This document shows positions 49,283-58,871 of a stretch of DNA of 64,000 nucleotides, piece after piece (positions within the stretch are counted from its first letter, which is position 1; every line of letters starts with the position of its first letter). The notes under the pieces are model-generated. The model did not search any database and was not told the DNA's origin. It worked only from the letters and a program-made list of their open reading frames with translations. A program made the position numbers and the translations under genes. The DNA lies in contig CAWGVS010000005.1 of NCBI GenBank assembly GCA_963826115.1, forward strand, positions 1,056,001 through 1,120,000. The letters are read 5' to 3'. The stretch comes from an uncultured Candidatus Rokubacteria bacterium. Lineage in GTDB: Bacteria; Methylomirabilota; Methylomirabilia; Rokubacteriales; DASRDR01.

Positions 49283-50887
49283 GTGGCCTCGCAGCCTGAC
49301 GCGTACGCCGGTCAGGGCATGACCCCGACGCAGCGCTGGGGCGTCACCGCCGCCGTCATGCTGGTGGCGACCATGCAGATCCTCGACACCAGCGTGACGA
49401 ACGTCGCGCTGCCCCACATGCAGGGCAGCCTGTCGGCGTCCCTGGACGAGATCACCTGGGTCCTCACGTCCTTCATCGCGGCCAACGCCGTCATCCTCCC
49501 GGTCACGGGCTGGCTCGTCGCCCAGCTGGGCCGCCGGCGCTTCTTCCTGATCGCGACCGCCACCTTCATGGTCAGCTCGCTCCTCTCGGGCGCGGCCCCG
49601 AGCCTCGAGCTCCTGGTCGGCGCCCGGCTCCTCCAGGGCCTCGGGGGCGGCCCGCTGATCCCGCTCGCGCAGGCCATCCTGCTCGAGATCTTCCCGCCGC
49701 GTCAGCGCGGGACGGCGATGGCGATCTGGGGTCTCGGGATCATGGTCGCGCCCATCGCGGGGCCCACCGTCGGCGGCTGGATCACGGAGAACTACTCCTG
49801 GCGCTGGATCTTCTACATCAACCTCCCCTTCGGCGCGCTCGCCCTCGCGCTCGGCAGCATCTTCCTCGCGGACCTGCCCGCCGCGTCGCGGGACGACGCC
49901 GCGCGGGTCCGGTTCGACGGCGTCGGCCTCGCGCTCCTCGTGGCGGGGATCGGATCGCTCCAGGTCGCGCTCGACCAGGGCGAGCGGCTCGACTGGTTCG
50001 ACTCGTCCTTCATCACGACCCTCGTCGTCGTGGCCGTGGTCGCCCTCGCCGCGTTCACGCTGTGGGAGCTCCGCGCGGCCTCCCACCCGCTCGTCGACCT
50101 CCGGGTCCTCGCCAACACCACGTTCGCCGTGGGCACCCTCCTGATCACCCTCGTGGGCTTCGGCCTCTTCTCGAGCTTCCTCCTCCTGACCTTCTACACG
50201 GAGCACCTCCTCCGCTACGACGCCCTCACTGCCGGCTGGGTGCTGGCGCCCGGCGGCGTCGGCTCGCTGATCTCGCTGAGCATCGGGGGACGCCTGGTCG
50301 ACCGCCTCGACCCGCGCTGGCTCGTCTCGACGGGCACGGCGATCATCGCCTACTCCCTCTACCTCATGGGCACGCTGAGCCTCGGCGCGGACTTCTGGGC
50401 GGTCCTCTGGCCCCGCTTCGTCCAGGGGTTCGGCATGGGGCTCGTGTTCGTCCCGCTGACCACGATGTCCCTGACCGCGGTGTCGGCCGCGGAGCTGCCC
50501 ACGGCCAGCGGGCTCTTCAACGTGGTCCGGAACGTCGGGGGAAGCGTGGGAATCGCGGTGACGACGACCTGGCTCGCGCGCCAGACCCAGGTGCACATGA
50601 AGACCCTGATGGGGCACGTGACGCCCTGGAGCGCGGCGACCGCGGAGCGCCTCGGCCGGCTGCAGGACATCTACCTCGCCGGAGGCGCCGACGCCGAGAC
50701 CGCCCAGCGCCAGGCCCTCCGGCACCTCTACGACGAGGTGCAGCGCCAGGCCTCGATGAACGCGTTCGCCGACGACTTCCTGTTTCTCGCGGCGGTCTTC
50801 ACCCTGATGGTCCCGCTCGTCTGGGTGATGCGCCGGCCGGCCGACGTGCCGCGGCCGCAGCAACCCGTCGAGGTCGAGGCGGTCTGA
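49283..50887 (+). CDS. DHA2 family MFS efflux permease (EmrB-like)
   Basis: MQILDTSVTNVALPHM, GPTVGGWI, WRWIFYINLP. Confidence 0.92.
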   Translation: MASQPDAYAGQGMTPTQRWGVTAAVMLVATMQILDTSVTNVALPHMQGSLSASLDEITWVLTSFIAANAVILPVTGWLVAQLGRRRFFLIATATFMVSSLLSGAAPSLELLVGARLLQGLGGGPLIPLAQAILLEIFPPRQRGTAMAIWGLGIMVAPIAGPTVGGWITENYSWRWIFYINLPFGALALALGSIFLADLPAASRDDAARVRFDGVGLALLVAGIGSLQVALDQGERLDWFDSSFITTLVVVAVVALAAFTLWELRAASHPLVDLRVLANTTFAVGTLLITLVGFGLFSSFLLLTFYTEHLLRYDALTAGWVLAPGGVGSLISLSIGGRLVDRLDPRWLVSTGTAIIAYSLYLMGTLSLGADFWAVLWPRFVQGFGMGLVFVPLTTMSLTAVSAAELPTASGLFNVVRNVGGSVGIAVTTTWLARQTQVHMKTLMGHVTPWSAATAERLGRLQDIYLAGGADAETAQRQALRHLYDEVQRQASMNAFADDFLFLAAVFTLMVPLVWVMRRPADVPRPQQPVEVEAV

Positions 50888-50909
50888 GCGCCGGCGCCCG
50901 CGACCTCCG

Positions 50910-51170
50910 TCAGGCGGGGCCGCGCCGGGTCACGATCGTCCACGACCCGTCGGCCGACGTCAGGACCTCGAGCACGGCGTGTCCCGCGCCGGCGAGGCTC
51001 CGCGGCACGTCGCGCGCCGACGTCTCGTTGTCGACGATCACGCGCAGGAGCGCGCCCGCCGGCAGTCCCTCCAGCGCGAGCCGCGCCTTGAGGAACGTGT
51101 AGGGGCAGACCTCGCCGCGGAGATCCAGCGCCTCGACCGCGTCGCCGCCGGGAACCGTCGCCTCCGTCAC
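50910..51170 (-). CDS. TusA/SirA family sulfur carrier
   Basis: LDLRGEVCPY motif. Confidence 0.82.
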   Translation of the reverse strand: MTEATVPGGDAVEALDLRGEVCPYTFLKARLALEGLPAGALLRVIVDNETSARDVPRSLAGAGHAVLEVLTSADGSWTIVTRRGPA

Positions 51171-51259
51171 GTCTGGAATCGTAACTCGCCACGAGCGCCC
51201 GGGCGGCGTAAGATAGGCCGTCGACGCCGATCCCGAGCTCCACACAAAGGAGACCCCGC

Positions 51260-52480
51260 GTGAGCACCCAGCATTGGCGACGTGGACTCGACCGCCCCAT
51301 CCTCATGATCCCCGGTCCGACCGAGGTCCCCTGGCGCGTCATCCGCGCCATGGCGCAGCCGGCGATGATCCAGTACGAGCCGCCGTTCGACGACGAGATC
51401 CTCGAGCCCGCGTGCCTGGACCTGCGGCAGATCTTCCAGACCTCGGGCGAGGTCCTCGCGATGCCCGGGTCGGGACGGACCGGGCTCGAGGCGGCGACCA
51501 TCTCGCTCGTCGAGCCGGGTGACCGCGTCGTCGTGGTCGTCGCCGGCGTCTTCGGGAGCCTGATGAAGGAGGTCATGGAGCGCGCGGGCGCGGCCGTGAC
51601 CGCCTTCGACGTGGAGCTCGGCCGGCCGATCGACATGGAAGGCCTGGAGCGGACCGTCGCGAAGGTGCGGCCGAAGATGGTGACGCTCGTCCACAACGAG
51701 ACGTCGACCGGTGTGACCTACCCGGCGGGCGCGGTCGGCGAGATCACGCGCCGTCACGGCGCGCTCTTCCTGCTCGACACGGTCTCCTCGCTGGCGGGCC
51801 TCGACGTCCAGACGGACGCGTGGCACGTCGACGTCAACATGACGGGCTCCCAGAAGTGTCTCGCCATGCCGCTCGGCCTCGCGATCGTCTCGGTGTCGCC
51901 GCGCGCGTTCGAGGCGATGGAGCGGCGGAGCCGCCCCTCGGCGAGCTACGCGAACGACCTGGTCCGCTGGAAGCGCCAGTGGGTGCCGGCCTCCCGGGGC
52001 GGCGGCGTTCCGGAGGGTGGCCGCCGCAACCAGCCCGTCTCCATGCCGACCCACCTCGCCCAGGCCATGCGCGAGGCGGTCAGCCTCATCCTCGAGGAGG
52101 GCATGCCCAACCGCATCCGGCGCCACCGGATCGCGGGCAAGGCGTTCCGCGCCGGGCTTGCGGCGCTCAAGGTCGACCTCTTCGGCGATCCGTCGATCGC
52201 CTCGGACAGCGTGTCGGCCTTCCGCGTCCCCGGGGGGCTCCAGGCGACGGCGGTCGTGCGGCGAATGCGGGATGCCTACGGCATCCTCATCTCGACCGGC
52301 ATCGAGAAGATGCGCGAGACGATGCTCCGAGTCGGAACCATGGGCATGACGGCGAGCCCGCTGTACGTGCTCCCCACGCTCTCCGCTCTCGGCATGGCGT
52401 TCCGGGACCTCGGGTACCGGGCCGAGACGGGTGAGGCGCTGGGCGCCGCGCAGGCCGTCTTCGACGCGGAGACGCCCTGA
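51260..52480 (+). CDS. class V PLP aminotransferase (alanine-glyoxylate/serine-pyruvate type)
   Basis: MIPGPT, VHNETSTG, DTVSSL, TGSQKCL, RVGTMG; AAGGAG SD. Confidence 0.9.
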   Translation: MSTQHWRRGLDRPILMIPGPTEVPWRVIRAMAQPAMIQYEPPFDDEILEPACLDLRQIFQTSGEVLAMPGSGRTGLEAATISLVEPGDRVVVVVAGVFGSLMKEVMERAGAAVTAFDVELGRPIDMEGLERTVAKVRPKMVTLVHNETSTGVTYPAGAVGEITRRHGALFLLDTVSSLAGLDVQTDAWHVDVNMTGSQKCLAMPLGLAIVSVSPRAFEAMERRSRPSASYANDLVRWKRQWVPASRGGGVPEGGRRNQPVSMPTHLAQAMREAVSLILEEGMPNRIRRHRIAGKAFRAGLAALKVDLFGDPSIASDSVSAFRVPGGLQATAVVRRMRDAYGILISTGIEKMRETMLRVGTMGMTASPLYVLPTLSALGMAFRDLGYRAETGEALGAAQAVFDAETP

Positions 52481-52557
52481 TCGGCTAGCTGGAGGGGGGC
52501 GCCCCCGGGAGTCGGATCGACCCCGGCCGCGCGGCCGGGGAGCCGGTCGGCCGGCGC

Positions 52558-53364
52558 CTATTGGCTGCGGGGAAGCTGCCCGGCCTGGAGGTTCACCAGG
52601 CGAGCGGCGAGGAACGTCGCGCGAGCCGCGCCGGGGCTGACGCTCGACGCGTAGACGGACCGAATCGCGTCGAGATCGAGGGCTGTCAACGTCGACGCGC
52701 CCGAGCCCGGTGGCGCTCCGGGACCCCCGGTCATCAGCGAGCCCTCGGGCCCGCCGATCAGGCGCGCGTCGATGTGGCAGAGCCCCAGCACCGCGTGGCC
52801 CGCCACGTCGTGAGCGTAGGCCGAGACGTTGCGGCCCCGGCCCTCGACCACCCGCACGCCCATCAGGAGTCCGCGGCCCGCGAACCGGTACTGGACGCAC
52901 CCCGCGTCCGACGAGCATCCCGCGGCCCGCGGCGACGTGACCTCCGTGACCGTCACCTCGTTCACGCCCGGCTGCGGGTCGATCTCCGGCGTGACCTCGA
53001 GGACGACGGTCATCGCGCCGCCGGTCACGCCCTCGAGCTGACCGAGCGTGGCCGCGAGCGCGCCCTGCATCTGGCCGGGCACGGTGGTCGACGCGCGCAC
53101 CCTCACCTGCGCCCCGCGGGGAAATCCGCTCCAGAACCCCTGGAGAGGGCACTCGGTGGCGCCGTCGCGCGGGATGAGCGGGCCCGCCCCGAGGAAGAGG
53201 GCGTCCACCACGTCGGGCGTGCGGGTCGCCTCGGCCTCCGCGCGGCGGTTCTCGGCGAGGCGGGCCGCCTCGGTGGGCGACTGCCCCTGCCCGCAGCCCG
53301 CCAGCAGCCACACGGCGGCAGCGCCGACCCCGATCTGGCGCACCCACGCGCGGGCGCGGAGCAC
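52558..53364 (-). CDS. putative lipoprotein with zincin-like motif variant
   Basis: Lipobox LAGC; HDVAGHAVLGLCH...SLM...LTALDLDAIRSVY. Confidence 0.6.
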   Translation of the reverse strand: MLRARAWVRQIGVGAAAVWLLAGCGQGQSPTEAARLAENRRAEAEATRTPDVVDALFLGAGPLIPRDGATECPLQGFWSGFPRGAQVRVRASTTVPGQMQGALAATLGQLEGVTGGAMTVVLEVTPEIDPQPGVNEVTVTEVTSPRAAGCSSDAGCVQYRFAGRGLLMGVRVVEGRGRNVSAYAHDVAGHAVLGLCHIDARLIGGPEGSLMTGGPGAPPGSGASTLTALDLDAIRSVYASSVSPGAARATFLAARLVNLQAGQLPRSQ

Positions 53365-53597
53365 GCCAACACCCTCCCCATTCGGCCACATGTGTCCGAT
53401 CATACCTCAAACCGAGGCGCCACTGGAGCGCGGAACCGGCGCCCCGCTCGGCCCGGACGGGATAGGATGCCAGGACGGGCCCGGGAGGTCGGCCGGGCCG
53501 CGGGACATCGTCGCGGCGGTGCATGCAGAGCCGCAACCCGCCCCTGGAGCGGATGAGATTGGACGACCCGCTGCACCGGAAAGCCAGCCGCTTTGCG

Positions 53598-54595
53598 ATG
53601 GTGGGCTCGGGACGAGCCTGGCTCGCGTCCTTCGCTGCCTTCGTCCTGGCCTCCTTACCCACAGCGCCGCCGACCTCCGCCCAGCCCGGAAAGGTCTACA
53701 CGGTCGGCCTCGTGACCTCGGGAACTCGGGATCAAGCCGCGCCGTTTCTGAGCGCGCTCGAGGGCGCTCTGGAGAAGCTGGGCTACGTGGAAGGGCAGAA
53801 CCTCGCCTCGAGTATCGGTTCACGGGCGGGAACAGCGAGCGGCTCGCCGAGCTGATGGCCGAGCTCGTCCGCCTGAACGTGGACGCCATCGTCGCCGGCA
53901 GCAACCAGACGGTGGCCGTCGCGAGACGGGCGACCGGCTCCATCCCCATCGTGATGGCCCTCGCGGCCGATCCCGTGGGCGCCGGCTTCGTGGCGAGCCT
54001 CGCACGGCCCGGAGGGAACGTGACGGGGCTCTCCGTCGACGTCAGCCCCGACATCGCGGGCAAGCGCCTGGCCCTGCTGAAGGAGATCGTGCCCACCGTA
54101 TCCCGCGTCGCGGTTCTGTGGGAACCCGCCTCGCCCGAATCGTCCGCGTACTGGCAGGCCGCGCAGCGGGCGGCCGTCCCTCTCCAGCTCGGTCTCGCCT
54201 CGTTCGAGATCAGGCGGCCGGGCGACGTCGACGCCGCGCTGGAAAGTGTCGGCCGCGACGGTGCGAACGGTCTCTCGGTTTTCTTGTCATCCCTGACGTT
54301 GCGGCACGTGTCCAGCGTGACGGCCTTCGCGCTCCGCCGTCGGATCCCGGCCATCTACGGCAACCGGGCCTTCGCCGAGGGCGGCGGTTTGATCTCCTAC
54401 GGCCCCGACCTGACGGACTCTTATCGCCGCACCGCGACCTACCTCGACAAGATCTTCCGTGGAAGCACGCCGGCCCAGTTGCCTGTGGAGCAGCCCACGC
54501 GCTTTGAGCTCGTGCTCAACCTCAGGACGGCCAGGGCGCTGGGCCTGACGATTCCGCCCGCGGTGCGGGCCAGGGCCGACGTGGTCATCGAGTAG
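53598..54595 (+). CDS. ABC_sub_bind-type substrate-binding protein (orphan, copy 4); -1 indel near 53807
   Basis: GYVEGQNLA/LEYRF junction across frames; SLARPGGNVTG; ends IPPAVRARADVVIE. Confidence 0.8.
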
Positions 54596-54657
54596 CGGCG
54601 CGTTCGGGGCGCCCGCCGGCACCGGGTTAAGATGTATTGGACAGGAGGAGGCGACAA

Positions 54658-55407
54658 GTGGCCGACAAGAAAGCGATTCTCTACCACCGCCCCGGCTGAA
54701 GCTCCTGCGCCAAGACGAGAGAGTTGCTCTCGTCATGGGATGTCCCCTTCGACTCGGTCGACATCCAGGCCGTGCCGGAGGCGCGCGCCGAGCTGGCCCG
54801 CCTCGGCGTGCCGGGGGTCCCTGCCGTCGTCACGGCCCGGGGCGTCGTCCACGGCTGGAACCCGAAGGCGGTCGCGGACCTGGTGGGCGTCCAGTACGAC
54901 GGCGGTGAGCGCCTGTCCCCCGCCGCGCTGGCCGCGCGGCTCGACCAAGTGCTCGGCGCGGCCGGCCGGGCGGTCCAGACGGTCGAGCCCGAGCACCTCT
55001 CGCTTCAGCATCCCGGCCGCGACCGCTCGCTCCACCAGCTCGCCTATCACCTGTTTCGGCTGAGTCTCGCCTTCCGCGACGCGATGGTCGAGCGCCGCCT
55101 GCTCAAGGCGTGGAACGACGAGCTGGCCCCCGCGGGGCTACCCGACGGGCCCGCGCTGGCAGGCTACGGCGCCGCCGTGCGAGGCGCGCTGCGCGCCTGG
55201 TTCGAGACGGAGGGCGCGATCGAGGGGACGGTCGAGACCTACTACGGTTCCCAGAGCGCCCACGAGCTGCTCGAGCGCACCACCTGGCACGCGCTCCAGC
55301 ACCTGCGCCAGATCCACGCGCTCCTCGATGACGCGGGCGCCTCGCCGGGCGAGCCCCTCGACCCCGCGCTCCTGGACAGACTGCCCCTGCCCAAAGCGAT
55401 CTGGTAG
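54658..55407 (+). CDS. putative selenoprotein: glutaredoxin-like (UxxC) domain fused to a DinB-like domain
   Basis: AGGAGGAG SD, GTG 54658, in-frame TGA 54697-99 in YHRPG-U-SSC, SECIS-like hairpin 54710-54738; downstream LAYHLF and RTTWHALQHLRQ. Confidence 0.8.
54710..54738 (+). promoter_or_regulatory. candidate bacterial SECIS element
   Basis: Stem GACGAGAG/CTCTCGTC with AGUUG loop starting 22 nt after UGA; lower pairs CCA/TGG. Confidence 0.65.
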
Positions 55408-55438
55408 GCGCCGCCGCGCGGCGCGCGACGCCGGCGGG

Positions 55439-58333
55439 CTAGTGCGGGAGCGCCTCCCAGAGGAGCTCCGCGGGATGCTTCGCCACCCGGCCCGTGGTGT
55501 GCTCCACCTGCTGGCGGCACGAGATGCCCGGCGCGCAGACGGCGACGTCCGCCGCCGCGGCACGCACAGCCGGCGCCAGGCGGCGCTCGGCGATCTTCAC
55601 GGACAGGTCGTAGTGCTCCGCCTCGAATCCGAACGAGCCCGCCATCCCGCAGCAGCCGGCGTCGACCTCGGTGACCTGGTAGCCCGCGGCCTTCAGGACG
55701 GCCACGGTCGGCGCCGTCCCGACCATCGCCTTCTGGTGGCAATGGCCGTGGAGGAGCGCCGGCCGGCCGTTGGCGGCGAACCGGGGCCGCTCGCCCTTCG
55801 CCCACTCCCGCTGGAGGAACTCCTCGAGCAGGAAGCTCTGCCGGGCGACCAGCCGGGCGTCCTCGGTGCGGACCAGCTCGGGATACTCGTCGCGGAGCGT
55901 GAGGAGACACGACGGCTCGAGGCCGACGATCGGCCGCCCCTGGCGCGCGGCGGGCGCGAGCCGGGCGACGTTGTCGGCCGCCACGCGGCGCGCCTCGTCG
56001 AGCATCCCCTTCGAGATCATCGGCCGCCCGCAGCATCCGCGGTCGGCGAGGCTCACGCGGTACCCGAGCGTCTCCAGGAGCCGGGTCGCGGCAATGGCGA
56101 CGTCCGGCGTCTGGTACGTGTTGAACGTGTCGTGGAAGAGCACGACCTCGCCCTTGGTTCCGGCCCCCTCGGGCCGCCGGCGGCCGAACCACCGCTCGAA
56201 CGAGCGCGACGCGAAGGCCGGGAGCGGGCGCCGCCGGTCGATGCCGGCCACCCGCTCGAGGAGCCAGCGGTGGGGCGCCGACCGCACGATCCAGTTCGAG
56301 ACCGGCGCGAGCGCCGATCCCACCCGCGCGAGCGCGTGAATCCGCCCGAACAGGCGGTTGCGGAGGGGCAGCCCGTTGGCCCGGTAGTAGTGGGCGAGGA
56401 ACTCGTACTTGATCTTCGCCATGTCGACGTTGGCCGGGCACTCGGCCTTGCACGCCTTGCACTCGAGGCACAGATCCAGCACCTCGTAGAGCCGGCGGCC
56501 AGTGAACTCCGAGCGCGGCACCTTGCCGGAGAGCACCGCGCGGAGCGCGTTGGCGCGCCCGCGCGTCGAGTGCTCCTCGTCGAGCGTCGCCATGTACGAG
56601 GGGCACATCGTGCCCTCGAGCTTCTTCCGGCAGACGCCGATCCCGTTGCACATCTCGATGGCGCCGGCGAATCCTCCGGCGCTCGAGAAGTCGAGGAGGG
56701 TGTCCGGCTGCCACGCCCGGTACTCCGGCCCGAAGCGGAGGTGCTCGGTCATCGGCGGCGCGTCGACGATGTTCCCCGGGTTCAGGATGCCCTTCGGGTC
56801 GAACGCGCGCTTCACCTGCCGGAAGGCGTCGTAGAGGCGGGGCCCGTAGAGCGTCTCGTTGAACGGGCTCCGCGCCCGGCCGTCCCCGTGCTCGCCCGAG
56901 AGCCCCCCGCCGAACTCCATGACGAGGGCCGTGATCTCCTCGGCGATCGCGCGCATCTTCCGGATCTCGCCCGCGTCCTTCAGGTTGATCAGCGGGCGGA
57001 TGTGGAGGCAGCCGACCGAGCAGTGGCCGTAGTAGCCCGCGCGCGCGCCGTGCCGGTCGAGCACCGCGCGGAACCGCTCGATGAACGGGCCGAGCTTCGC
57101 CGGCTCGACGGCCGTGTCCTCGACGAAGGCAATGGGCTTCCGGTCGCCCTTGGTGCCGAGGAGCAGCCCCAGGCCCGCCTTCCGGAGCTTCCAGATCGAC
57201 TGCTGCTCGGCCGGGTCGTAGGCGATGTGGGCCGCGTAGCCGATGCGCTTCCGCGCGCGGAGGTCCTCCAGCGCCTCGACCTTCGATCGCACCTCCGCCT
57301 CGGTCTCGCCGGAGTACTCGACGATCATGATGGCCGAGGGGTCGCCCTGGACGAAGCCCATGCGCGCGCGCTGCTCGATGTTCTCGCGCGCGAGGTCGAG
57401 GATCATCTTGTCGGTGACCTCGACCGCGTACGGACCGGTGGTCAGGAGGTCGACCGACGACTCGAGGGCCGCCTGCAGGTCGTCGTAGTGGATCACGTCG
57501 AGCGCCGTGAACTTCGGGCGACGGACGAGGCGCATCTTCATCTCGACCACCGCGACGAGCGTGCCCTCGGACCCCACCGCCAGCCGATGGAGCCCGAACG
57601 GCTGCGGCTTCACGAGCTCGTCCAGGTTGTAGCCGGACACGCGGCGCATCAGCGTCGGGTAGCGCGCGCGAATCTCGTCGGCGTGCTGAGCGACCAGCCG
57701 GCGCACCTCGCGGTAGATCTGCCCCTCGAGGCCGTCGGCGCGGCACTTCGCCTCGAGCTCGGCCGGCGACAGGTCCCGCAGCGTGATCTCGGACCCGTCG
57801 GCGAGGAGGCAGGTGAGCTCCAGCACGTGGTCGATGGTCTTCCCGTACGCGATGGAGTGGGAGCCTGCGGAGTTGTTCCCGGACATCCCGCCGATCGTCG
57901 CCCGGTTGGACGTCGAGGTGTCCGGCCCGAAGAGCAGGCCCATCGGCCGCACGTGGTGGTTCAGCTCGTCCTGGATCACGCCGGGCTGGACGCGGCACCA
58001 GAGCTCCTCGCGGTTCACCTCGAGGACCTGGTTCATGTACTTCGAGAAGTCCAGCACGACGGCATGATTGACGGTCTGGCCGATCAGGCTCGTGCCGCCG
58101 CCCCGTGGGAGCACCGGGACGTTGTAGCGGTTGGCCAGCTCCAGCACCGCCTGGACGTCGCCCTTCGAGCGGGGCAGCACCACGCCGATCGGCTCGACCT
58201 GGTACATCGAGGCGTCGGTGGAGTAGAGGAGGCGCGAGTAGTCGTCGAAGCGCACCTCGCCCTCGACGACGCGGCGGAGCTCCCGCTCCAGGTCGCTCCC
58301 GATCTTGCCGTTGACCGTTCCGGTTCCGCCCAC
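55439..58333 (-). CDS. FAD-binding (Fe-S) oxidoreductase (GlcD/GlcF fusion, YdiJ-like)
   Basis: YSTDASMY, PRGGGTS, GSEGTL, SGEHGDG, CNGIGVC, CLECKACKAECP, CCGMAGSFG. Confidence 0.92.
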   Translation of the reverse strand: MGGTGTVNGKIGSDLERELRRVVEGEVRFDDYSRLLYSTDASMYQVEPIGVVLPRSKGDVQAVLELANRYNVPVLPRGGGTSLIGQTVNHAVVLDFSKYMNQVLEVNREELWCRVQPGVIQDELNHHVRPMGLLFGPDTSTSNRATIGGMSGNNSAGSHSIAYGKTIDHVLELTCLLADGSEITLRDLSPAELEAKCRADGLEGQIYREVRRLVAQHADEIRARYPTLMRRVSGYNLDELVKPQPFGLHRLAVGSEGTLVAVVEMKMRLVRRPKFTALDVIHYDDLQAALESSVDLLTTGPYAVEVTDKMILDLARENIEQRARMGFVQGDPSAIMIVEYSGETEAEVRSKVEALEDLRARKRIGYAAHIAYDPAEQQSIWKLRKAGLGLLLGTKGDRKPIAFVEDTAVEPAKLGPFIERFRAVLDRHGARAGYYGHCSVGCLHIRPLINLKDAGEIRKMRAIAEEITALVMEFGGGLSGEHGDGRARSPFNETLYGPRLYDAFRQVKRAFDPKGILNPGNIVDAPPMTEHLRFGPEYRAWQPDTLLDFSSAGGFAGAIEMCNGIGVCRKKLEGTMCPSYMATLDEEHSTRGRANALRAVLSGKVPRSEFTGRRLYEVLDLCLECKACKAECPANVDMAKIKYEFLAHYYRANGLPLRNRLFGRIHALARVGSALAPVSNWIVRSAPHRWLLERVAGIDRRRPLPAFASRSFERWFGRRRPEGAGTKGEVVLFHDTFNTYQTPDVAIAATRLLETLGYRVSLADRGCCGRPMISKGMLDEARRVAADNVARLAPAARQGRPIVGLEPSCLLTLRDEYPELVRTEDARLVARQSFLLEEFLQREWAKGERPRFAANGRPALLHGHCHQKAMVGTAPTVAVLKAAGYQVTEVDAGCCGMAGSFGFEAEHYDLSVKIAERRLAPAVRAAAADVAVCAPGISCRQQVEHTTGRVAKHPAELLWEALPH

Positions 58334-58354
58334 GCCGCCCTCCGGGCCCGCCGC

Positions 58355-58819
58355 CTACTTCTTGGCCTTCTCGATCGCCTCGCGGAGCTCCGCCGCCTCC
58401 TTCTTGTCGAGCGGCTCGAGCCGCGTGAGCACCGCGCGGGCCTCGTCGAGCTTCCCCATCTTCACGTAGGCCTCGCCCAGGTACTCGAGGGCTTCCGCGT
58501 AGTCCGGCCGGAGCTTCAGCGCGCGGTCGTACGCCTTGATCGCCTCCGGGTACTTGCCCTGCTGGCGCAGCGAGTACCCGAGGCCGTTCCACGCCTCCGG
58601 GAAGGCCTCGCGCTGCTTGATCGCGGCTTCGTACGACTGGGACGCTTTCCGCCAGTCCTTCTTCTTCTGGGCGTCGAGTCCCTCCTGGAACAGCCGCTCG
58701 GCCGACGTCGGCACGCCCGGCGGCGGCGCCGCCGGCGTCGGACCGTCCGCCCACGCCGAGGCCGCGAGGCAAAGGAGCCCCGCGCCGATCACTCGTCCGA
58801 TCCACGCTCGTCGCATCAT
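58355..58819 (-). CDS. exported tetratricopeptide repeat protein
   Basis: Signal peptide; EAWNGLGY, EALEYLGEAY; GAGGAGG SD. Confidence 0.82.
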   Translation of the reverse strand: MMRRAWIGRVIGAGLLCLAASAWADGPTPAAPPPGVPTSAERLFQEGLDAQKKKDWRKASQSYEAAIKQREAFPEAWNGLGYSLRQQGKYPEAIKAYDRALKLRPDYAEALEYLGEAYVKMGKLDEARAVLTRLEPLDKKEAAELREAIEKAKK

Positions 58820-58871
58820 GCCGCCTCCTCGTTCCGTCCAGTCTTCCGCCGCCTGGCCGGCGTTCCGGCCG

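Noticed and set aside
52521-52540. Perfect palindrome CCCCGGCCGCGCGGCCGGGG
   Set aside because: Lies between convergent genes; most simply a terminator-like hairpin in GC-rich DNA
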